Assembly: GCA_002189035.1 (NCBI GenBank)
Contig: NEEC01000153.1
Coordinates: 1 to 23,303, forward strand
Reading direction: 5' to 3'
Source: Utricularia gibba
Lineage: Eukaryota > Plantae > Magnoliophyta
Length of the DNA: 23,303 nt
Under the pieces are notes generated by a model, which ran no database searches, had not been told where the DNA came from, and saw nothing but the letters and a program-made list of their open reading frames with translations. This document shows positions 1-10,300 of this stretch, in pieces (within the stretch, counting starts at the first letter, position 1; each line of letters starts with the position of its first letter). The position numbers were made by a program, and so were the translations under genes.

Positions 1-3000
1 GCGAAGCACCTCTTGCATAACATGCAGATCCTTGCTCTTCATAGCACACTGTTGGGAAGCCCTTTCGAGCTCCAAGTATTATAATTTGGAGTTACGTTTG
101 TCCGATAACTGTGGACATATTAAAAAAGGGCCACAACGAAAGGTGTCTCACGTGGCATTCCGTGGTGACTGCATTTAATAATGTGCTTCATGTTCTCGAA
201 ATTGATGCGAACAACATACAAGGCAAAAAGAATCAAATAGCCACTAGAGACATGGTATACGGGAATGGTGCATCAAGAATCAGAAGTATCATAGCAACTA
301 AATGCATCAACATATGGTGTCAGAATTCATCTACTATGCGATCAAGTTGGAAAAAAGTCACATGCTACATCATGAATTTCGTGGCATCACTTATCCCAAC
401 ACTGTTATACACTCTGGATATGCGTAAATATTTATTTTTAATGAATCCCGTGCACGTGTGATTTTTAGGATGCACCCCGAATGATGATGCGCAATGAAAT
501 GACTACGTCGCACATCCTGGTCCGCGAAGCACCTCTGCATAACATGCAGATCCTTGCTCTTCATAGCACACTGTTGGGAAGCCCTTTTCGAGCTCCAAGT
601 ATTATAATTTGGAGTTACGTTTGTCCGATAACTGTGGACATATTAAAAACAAGCCACAACGAAAAGTGTCTTAGGTGTCCTTTCTTGGTGGCTGCGTCTA
701 AGAATGTGCTTCTCGTTCTCGACATTGATGCAAATGGGATACACGGCAAAAGAATCAAATAGCCACTAGAGACATGGTGTATGGGAATGGTGCATCAAGA
801 ATCAGAAGTATCATAGCAACTAATTGAATCAATCAACAGCCAAAACATATGGTGTCAAACTTCATCGGATATGCGATCAAGATGGAAAAAAGTCACATGT
901 TACATCATGAATTTCGTGGCATCACTTATCCCAACACTGTTACACTCTGGATATGCGTAAATATTTATTTTTAATGAATCCCGTGCACGTGTGATTTTTA
1001 GGATGCACCCGAATGATGATGCGCAATGAAATGACTACGTCGCACATCCTGGTCGCGAAGCACCTCTTGCATAACATGCAGATCCTTGCTCTTCATAGCA
1101 CACTGTTGGGAAGCCCTTTCGAGCTCCAAGTATTATAATTTGGAGTTACGTTTGTCCGATAACTGTGGACATATTAAAAAGGGCCACAACGAAAGGTGTC
1201 TCACGTGGCATTCCGTGGTGACTGCATTTAATAATGTGCTTCATGTTCTCGAAATTGATGCGAACAACATACAAGGCAAAAGAATCAAATAGCCACTAGA
1301 GACATGGTATACGGGAATGGTGCATCAAGAATCAGAAGTATCATAGCAACTAAATGCATCAACATATGGTGTCAGAATTCATCTACTATGCGATCAAGTT
1401 GGAAAAAAGTCACATGCTACATCATGAATTTCGTGGCATCACTTATCCCAACACTGTTATACACTCTGGATATGCGTAAATATTTATTTTTAATGAATCC
1501 CGTGCACGTGTGATTTTTAGGATGCACCCCGAATGATGATGCGCAATGAAATGACTACGTCGCACATCCTGGTCCGCGAAGCACCTCTTGCATAACATGC
1601 AGATCCTTGCTCTTCATAGCACACTGTTGGGAAGCCCTTTTCGAGCTCCAAGTATTATAATTTGGAGTTACGTTTGTCCGATAACTGTGGACATATTAAA
1701 AACAAGCCACAACGAAAAGTGTCTTAGGTGTCCTTTCTTGGTGGCTGCGTCTAAGAATGTGCTTCTCGTTCTCGACATTGATGCAAATGGGATACACGGC
1801 AAAAGAATCAAATAGCCACTAGAGACATGGTGTATGGGAATGGTGCATCAAGAATCAGAAGTATCATAGCAACTAATTGAATCAATCAACAGCCAAAACA
1901 TATGGTGTCAAACTTCATCGGATATGCGATCAAGATGGAAAAAAGTCACATGTTACATCATGAATTTCGTGGCATCACTTATCCCAACACTGTTGTATAC
2001 TCTGGATATGCGTAAATATTTATTTTTAAAATCCCGTGCACGTGTGATTTTTAGGATGCACCCCGAATGATGATGCGCAATGAAATGACTACGTCGCACA
2101 TCCTGGTCCGCGAAGCACCTCTTGCATAACATGCAGATCCTTGCTCTTCATAGCACACTGTTGGGAAGCCCTTTTCGAGCTCCAAGTATTATAATTTGGA
2201 GTTACGTTTGTCCGATAACTGTGGACATATTAAAAAAGGCCACAACGAAAGGTGTCTCACGTGGCATTCCGTGGTGACTGCATTTAATAATGTGCTTCAT
2301 GTTCTCGAAATTGATGCGAACAACATACAAGGCAAAAGAATCAAATAGCCACTAGAGACATGGTATACGGGAATGGTGCATCAAGAATCAGAAGTATCAT
2401 AGCAACTAAATGCATCAACATATGGTGTCAGAATTCATCTACTATGCGATCAAGTTGGAAAAAAGTCACATGCTACATCATGAATTTCGTGGCATCACTT
2501 ATCCCAACACTGTTATACACTCTGGATATGCGTAAATATTTATTTTTAATGAATCCCGTGCACGTGTGATTTTTAGGATGCACCCCGAATGATGATGCGC
2601 AATGAAATGACTACGTCGCACATCCTGGTCCGCGAAGCACCTCTTGCATAACATGCAGATCCTTGCTCTTCATAGCACACTGTTGGGAAGCCCTTTTCGA
2701 GCTCCAAGTATTATAATTTGGAGTTACGTTTGTCCGATAACTGTGGACATATTAAAAACAAGCCACAACGAAAAGTGTCTTAGGTGTCCTTTCTTGGTGG
2801 CTGCGTCTAAGAATGTGCTTCTCGTTCTCGACATTGATGCAAATGGGATACACGGCAAAAGAATCAAATAGCCACTAGAGACATGGTGTATGGGAATGGT
2901 GCATCAAGAATCAGAAGTATCATAGCAACTAATTGAATCAATCAACAGCCAAAACATATGGTGTCAAACTTCATCGGATATGCGATCAAGATGGAAAAAA

Positions 3001-5272
3001 GTCACATGTTACATCATGAATTTCGTGGCATCACTTATCCCAACACTGTGGATATGCGTAAATATTTATTTTTAATGAATCCGGTGCACGTGTGATTTTT
3101 ATGCACCCCGAATGGTGATGCGCAATGAAATGACTACGTCGCACATCCTGGTCCGCGAAGCACCTCTTGCATAACATGCAGATCCTTGCTCTTCATAGCA
3201 CACTGTTGGGAAGCCCTTTTCGAGCTCCAAGTATTATAATTTGGAGTTACGTTTGTCCGATAACTGTGGACATATTAAAAAAGGGCCACAACGAAAGGTG
3301 TCTCACGTGGCATTCCGTGGTGACTGCATTTAATAATGTGCTTCATGTTCTCGAAATTGATGCGAACAACATACAAGGCAAAAGAATCAAATAGCCACTA
3401 GAGACATGGTATACGGGAATGGTGCATCAAGAATCAGAAGTATCATAGCAACTAAATGCATCAACATATGGTGTCAGAATTCATCTACTATGCGATCAAG
3501 TTGGAAAAAAGTCACATGCTACATCATGAATTTCGTGGCATCACTTATCCCAACACTGTTATACACTCTGGATATGCGTAAATATTTATTTTTAATGAAT
3601 CCCGTGCACGTGTGATTTTTAGGATGCACCCGAATGATGATGCGCAATGAAATGACTACGTCGCACATCCTGGTCCGCGAAGCACCTCTTGCATAACATG
3701 CAGATCCTTGCTCTTCATAGCACACTGTTGGGAAGCCCTTTTCGAGCTCCAAGTATTATAATTTGGAGTTACGTTTGTCCGATAACTGTGGACATATTAA
3801 AAACAAGCCACAACGAAAAGTGTCTTAGGTGTCCTTTCTTGGTGGCTGCGTCTAAGAATGTGCTTCTCGTTCTCGACATTGATGCAAATGGGATACACGG
3901 CAAAAGAATCAAATAGCCACTAGAGACATGGTGTATGGGAATGGTGCATCAAGAATCAGAAGTATCATAGCAACTAATTGAATCAATCAACAGCCAAAAC
4001 ATATGGTGTCAAACTTCATCGGATATGCGATCAAGATGGAAAAAAGTCACATGTTACATCATGAATTTCGTGGCATCACTTATCCCAACACTGTTATGGA
4101 TATGCGTAAATATTTATTTTTAACAATCCGTGCACGTGTGATTTTTAGGATGCACCCCGAATGATGATGCGCAATGAAATGACTACGTCGCACATCCTGG
4201 TCCGCGAAGCACCTCTTGCATAACATGCAGATCCTTGCTCTTCATAGCACACTGTTGGGAAGCCCTTTCGAGCTCCAAGTATTATAATTTGGAGTTACGT
4301 TTGTCCGATAACTGTGGACATATTAAAAAAGGGCCACAACGAAAGGTGTCTCACGTGGCATTCCGTGGTGACTGCATTTAATAATGTGCTTCATGTTCTC
4401 GAAATTGATGCGAACAACATACAAGGCAAAAGAATCAAATAGCCACTAGAGACATGGTATACGGGAATGGTGCATCAAGAATCAGAAGTATCATAGCAAC
4501 TAAATGCATCAACATATGGTGTCAGAATTCATCTACTATGCGATCAAGTTGGAAAAAAGTCACATGCTACATCATGAATTTCGTGGCATCACTTATCCCA
4601 ACACTGTTATACACTCTGGATATGCGTAAATATTTATTTTTAATGAATCCCGTGCACGTGTGATTTTTAGGATGCACCCCGAATGATGATGCGCAATGAA
4701 ATGACTACGTCGCACATCCTGGTCCGCGAAGCACCTCTTGCATAACATGCAGATCCTTGCTCTTCATAGCACACTGTTGGGAAGCCCTTTTCGAGCTCCA
4801 AGTATTATAATTTGGAGTTACGTTTGTCCGATAACTGTGGACATATTAAAAACAAGCCACAACGAAAAGTGTCTTAGGTGTCCTTTCTTGGTGGCTGCGT
4901 CTAAGAATGTGCTTCTCGTTCTCGACATTGATGCAAATGGGATACACGGCAAAAGAATCAAATAGCCACTAGAGACATGGTGTATGGGAATGGTGCATCA
5001 AGAATCAGAAGTATCATAGCAACTAATTGAATCAATCAACAGCCAAAACATATGGTGTCAAACTTCATCGGATATGCGATCAAGATGGAAAAAAGTCACA
5101 TGTTACATCATGAATTTCGTGGCATCACTTATCCCAACACTGTTGTATACTCTGGATATGCGTAAATATTTATTTTTAATGAATCCGGTGCACGTGTGAT
5201 TTTTAGGATGCACCCGAATGATGATGCGCAATGAAATGACTACGTCGCACATCCTGGTCCGCGAAGCACCTC

Positions 5273-5795
5273 TTGCATAACATGCAGATCCTTGCTCTTC
5301 ATAGCACACTGTTGGGAAGCCCTTTTCGAGCTCCAAGTATTATAATTTGGAGTTACGTTTGTCCGATAACTGTGGACATATTAAAAAAGGGCCACAACGA
5401 AAGGTGTCTCACGTGGCATTCCGTGGTGACTGCATTTAATAATGTGCTTCATGTTCTCGAAATTGATGCGAACAACATACAAGGCAAAAGAATCAAATAG
5501 CCACTAGAGACATGGTATACGGGAATGGTGCATCAAGAATCAGAAGTATCATAGCAACTAAATGCATCAACATATGGTGTCAGAATTCATCTACTATGCG
5601 ATCAAGTTGGAAAAAAGTCACATGCTACATCATGAATTTCGTGGCATCACTTATCCCAACACTGTTATACACTCTGGATATGCGTAAATATTTATTTTTA
5701 ATGAATCCCGTGCACGTGTGATTTTTAGGATGCACCCCGAATGATGATGCGCAATGAAATGACTACGTCGCACATCCTGGTCCGCGAAGCACCTC
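5273..5795. repeat. Representative A monomer (523 bp)
   Basis: The same 523-bp spacing and sequence is seen at 6331-6853, 7390-7912 and 9494-10016. Hand count is 215/523 G+C (41%) and about 20 CpG. It carries an A-specific EcoRI site (CAGAATTCAT). Confidence 0.97.
5329..5354. other. Short inverted repeat / potential stem-loop AG-CTCCAA-(GTATTATAAT)-TTGGAG-TT, once per monomer
   Basis: CTCCAA (5331-5336) and TTGGAG (5347-5352) are perfect reverse complements around a 10-nt AT-rich loop, extendable by one G-T and one A-T pair. The inverted repeat is seen directly; function is unknown. Confidence 0.7.
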
Positions 5796-5910
5796 TTGCA
5801 TAACATGCAGATCCTTGCTCTTCATAGCACACTGTTGGGAAGCCCTTTTCGAGCTCCAAGTATTATAATTTGGAGTTACGTTTGTCCGATAACTGTGGAC
5901 ATATTAAAAA
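5745..5910. other. 166-bp core identical between A and B monomers (one representative copy; present once per monomer)
   Basis: Manual A/B alignment shows no difference from TGATGCGCAATGAAATG to GGACATATTAAAAA; diagnostic sites flank it at 5744 and 5911. Confidence 0.9.
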
Positions 5911-6853
5911 CAAGCCACAACGAAAAGTGTCTTAGGTGTCCTTTCTTGGTGGCTGCGTCTAAGAATGTGCTTCTCGTTCTCGACATTGATGCAAATGGGA
6001 TACACGGCAAAAGAATCAAATAGCCACTAGAGACATGGTGTATGGGAATGGTGCATCAAGAATCAGAAGTATCATAGCAACTAATTGAATCAATCAACAG
6101 CCAAAACATATGGTGTCAAACTTCATCGGATATGCGATCAAGATGGAAAAAAGTCACATGTTACATCATGAATTTCGTGGCATCACTTATCCCAACACTG
6201 TTATACACTCTGGATATGCGTAAATATTTATTTTTAATGAATCCGTGCACGTGTGATTTTTAGGCTGCACCCCGAATGATGATGCGCAATGAAATGACTA
6301 CGTCGCACATCCTGGTCCGCGAAGCACCTCTTGCATAACATGCAGATCCTTGCTCTTCATAGCACACTGTTGGGAAGCCCTTTTCGAGCTCCAAGTATTA
6401 TAATTTGGAGTTACGTTTGTCCGATAACTGTGGACATATTAAAAAAGGGCCACAACGAAAGGTGTCTCACGTGGCATTCCGTGGTGACTGCATTTAATAA
6501 TGTGCTTCATGTTCTCGAAATTGATGCGAACAACATACAAGGCAAAAGAATCAAATAGCCACTAGAGACATGGTATACGGGAATGGTGCATCAAGAATCA
6601 GAAGTATCATAGCAACTAAATGCATCAACATATGGTGTCAGAATTCATCTACTATGCGATCAAGTTGGAAAAAAGTCACATGCTACATCATGAATTTCGT
6701 GGCATCACTTATCCCAACACTGTTATACACTCTGGATATGCGTAAATATTTATTTTTAATGAATCCCGTGCACGTGTGATTTTTAGGATGCACCCCGAAT
6801 GATGATGCGCAATGAAATGACTACGTCGCACATCCTGGTCCGCGAAGCACCTC

Positions 6854-7389
6854 TTGCATAACATGCAGATCCTTGCTCTTCATAGCACACTGTTGGGAAG
6901 CCCTTTTCGAGCTCCAAGTATTATAATTTGGAGTTACGTTTGTCCGATAACTGTGGACATATTAAAAACAAGCCACAACGAAAAGTGTCTTAGGTGTCCT
7001 TTCTTGGTGGCTGCGTCTAAGAATGTGCTTCTCGTTCTCGACATTGATGCAAATGGGATACACGGCAAAAGAATCAAATAGCCACTAGAGACATGGTGTA
7101 TGGGAATGGTGCATCAAGAATCAGAAGTATCATAGCAACTAATTGAATCAATCAACAGCCAAAACATATGGTGTCAAACTTCATCGGATATGCGATCAAG
7201 ATGGAAAAAAGTCACATGTTACATCATGAATTTCGTGGCATCACTTATCCCAACACTGTTGTATACTCTGGATATGCGTAAATATTTATTTTTAACAAAT
7301 CCGGTGCACGTGTGATTTTTCGGATGCATCCCGAATGATGATGCGCAATGAAATGACTACGTCGCACATCCTGGTCCGCGAAGCACCTC
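6854..7389. repeat. Representative B monomer (536 bp)
   Basis: It has 13 extra bp in the ATTGAATCAATCAACAGCCAAAAC segment, B-specific substitutions, no EcoRI site, and most of the B-tail alleles at 7261-7333. Confidence 0.95.
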
Positions 7390-10300
7390 TTGCATAACAT
7401 GCAGATCCTTGCTCTTCATAGCACACTGTTGGGAAGCCCTTTTCGAGCTCCAAGTATTATAATTTGGAGTTACGTTTGTCCGATAACTGTGGACATATTA
7501 AAAAAGGGCCACAACGAAAGGTGTCTCACGTGGCATTCCGTGGTGACTGCATTTAATAATGTGCTTCATGTTCTCGAAATTGATGCGAACAACATACAAG
7601 GCAAAAGAATCAAATAGCCACTAGAGACATGGTATACGGGAATGGTGCATCAAGAATCAGAAGTATCATAGCAACTAAATGCATCAACATATGGTGTCAG
7701 AATTCATCTACTATGCGATCAAGTTGGAAAAAAGTCACATGCTACATCATGAATTTCGTGGCATCACTTATCCCAACACTGTTATACACTCTGGATATGC
7801 GTAAATATTTATTTTTAATGAATCCCGTGCACGTGTGATTTTTAGGATGCACCCCGAATGATGATGCGCAATGAAATGACTACGTCGCACATCCTGGTCC
7901 GCGAAGCACCTCTTGCATAACATGCAGATCCTTGCTCTTCATAGCACACTGTTGGGAAGCCCTTTTCGAGCTCCAAGTATTATAATTTGGAGTTACGTTT
8001 GTCCGATAACTGTGGACATATTAAAAACAAGCCACAACGAAAAGTGTCTTAGGTGTCCTTTCTTGGTGGCTGCGTCTAAGAATGTGCTTCTCGTTCTCGA
8101 CATTGATGCAAATGGGATACACGGCAAAAGAATCAAATAGCCACTAGAGACATGGTGTATGGGAATGGTGCATCAAGAATCAGAAGTATCATAGCAACTA
8201 ATTGAATCAATCAACAGCCAAAACATATGGTGTCAAACTTCATCGGATATGCGATCAAGATGGAAAAAAGTCACATGTTACATCATGAATTTCGTGGCAT
8301 CACTTATCCCAACACTGTTATACTCTGGATATGCGTAAATATTTATTTTTAATGAATCCGTGCACGTGTGATTTTTAGGATGCACCCCGAATGATGATGC
8401 GCAATGAAATGACTACGTCGCACATCCTGGTCCGCGAAGCACCTCTTGCATAACATGCAGATCCTTGCTCTTCATAGCACACTGTTGGGAAGCCCTTTTC
8501 GAGCTCCAAGTATTATAATTTGGAGTTACGTTTGTCCGATAACTGTGGACATATTAAAAAAACAACGAAAGGTGTCTCACGTGGCATTCCGTGGTGACTG
8601 CATTTAATAATGTGCTTCATGTTCTCGAAATTGATGCGAACAACATACAAGGCAAAAGAATCAAATAGCCACTAGAGACATGGTATACGGGAATGGTGCA
8701 TCAAGAATCAGAAGTATCATAGCAACTAAATGCATCAACATATGGTGTCAGAATTCATCTACTATGCGATCAAGTTGGAAAAAAGTCACATGCTACATCA
8801 TGAATTTCGTGGCATCACTTATCCCAACACTGTTATACACTCTGGATATGCGTAAATATTTATTTTTAATGAATCCCGTGCACGTGTGATTTTTAGGATG
8901 CACCCCGAATGATGATGCGCAATGAAATGACTACGTCGCACATCCTGGTCCGCGAAGCACCTCTTGCATAACATGCAGATCCTTGCTCTTCATAGCACAC
9001 TGTTGGGAAGCCCTTTTCGAGCTCCAAGTATTATAATTTGGAGTTACGTTTGTCCGATAACTGTGGACATATTAAAAACAAGCCACAACGAAAAGTGTCT
9101 TAGGTGTCCTTTCTTGGTGGCTGCGTCTAAGAATGTGCTTCTCGTTCTCGACATTGATGCAAAATACACGGCAAAAGAATCAAATAGCCACTAGAGACAT
9201 GGTGTATGGGAATGGTGCATCAAGAATCAGAAGTATCATAGCAACTAATTGAATCAATCAACAGCCAAAACATATGGTGTCAAACTTCATCGGATATGCG
9301 ATCAAGATGGAAAAAAGTCACATGTTACATCATGAATTTCGTGGCATCACTTATCCCAACACTGTTATACACTCTGGATATGCGTAAATATTTATTTTTA
9401 AAATCCGGTGCACGTGTGATTTTTAGGATGCACCCCGAATGATGATGCGCAATGAAATGACTACGTCGCACATCCTGGTCCGCGAAGCACCTCTTGCATA
9501 ACATGCAGATCCTTGCTCTTCATAGCACACTGTTGGGAAGCCCTTTTCGAGCTCCAAGTATTATAATTTGGAGTTACGTTTGTCCGATAACTGTGGACAT
9601 ATTAAAAAAGGGCCACAACGAAAGGTGTCTCACGTGGCATTCCGTGGTGACTGCATTTAATAATGTGCTTCATGTTCTCGAAATTGATGCGAACAACATA
9701 CAAGGCAAAAGAATCAAATAGCCACTAGAGACATGGTATACGGGAATGGTGCATCAAGAATCAGAAGTATCATAGCAACTAAATGCATCAACATATGGTG
9801 TCAGAATTCATCTACTATGCGATCAAGTTGGAAAAAAGTCACATGCTACATCATGAATTTCGTGGCATCACTTATCCCAACACTGTTATACACTCTGGAT
9901 ATGCGTAAATATTTATTTTTAATGAATCCCGTGCACGTGTGATTTTTAGGATGCACCCCGAATGATGATGCGCAATGAAATGACTACGTCGCACATCCTG
10001 GTCCGCGAAGCACCTCTTGCATAACATGCAGATCCTTGCTCTTCATAGCACACTGTTGGGAAGCCCTTTTCGAGCTCCAAGTATTATAATTTGGAGTTAC
10101 GTTTGTCCGATAACTGTGGACATATTAAAAACAAGCCACAACGAAAAGTGTCTTAGGTGTCCTTTCTTGGTGGCTGCGTCTAAGAATGTGCTTCTCGTTC
10201 TCGACATTGATGCAAATGGGATACACGGCAAAAGAATCAAATAGCCACTAGAGACATGGTGTATGGGAATGGTGCATCAAGAATCAGAAGTATCATAGCA

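Noticed and set aside
5103-5336. Minus-strand 77-aa ORF (MELEKGF...)
   Set aside because: It is present only in copies with particular homopolymer slips and is a by-product of the repeat.
5273-5500. Repeated 75-aa ORF (MHNMQILAL...KRIK) open in both A and B
   Set aside because: It starts at TTG, has no recognisable domain and is frameshifted in many copies. Between A and B, 15 codons change amino acid (19 nt) and only 4 changes are purely synonymous, about the neutral expectation. The VLLVLDID/VLEIDAN resemblance to HAD or guanylate-kinase motifs is too short to count.
5512-5721. Repeated 69-aa ORF (MVYGNGASR...PVHV)
   Set aside because: It is open only in A; the 13-bp indel in B breaks the frame. 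No known family.
5760-5770. GACTACGTC resembling the pMV158-family nick site TACTACG^AC
   Set aside because: Two mismatches in nine bases and no rep gene or binding iterons.
5727-5778. Hammerhead-ribozyme-like order AGGATG..ATGATGA..GAAA..GAC-TAC-GTC..CATCCT, as in satellite or retrozyme hammerheads
   Set aside because: The core has A in place of C3 (ATGATGA, not CTGATGA), no foldable stem II, C instead of U at 16.1, an 8-nt gap between stem I and the core, and the B-tail allele changes it to ATGGTGA. No CTGANGA is present on either strand of the consensus. An Infernal search with Rfam hammerhead models would settle it.
5654-5840. 11/12 inverted match TCCCAACACTGT (5654) / ACACTGTTGGGA (5829)
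   Set aside because: A rough estimate gives about 0.3 such matches by chance in a 530-bp unit, and there is no sign of terminal inverted repeats or target-site duplications.
6331-7389. Obelisk-like or viroid-like ~1-kb circular element
   Set aside because: The dimer length is similar, but the unit is two direct repeats with no genome-wide self-complementarity and no long ORF.
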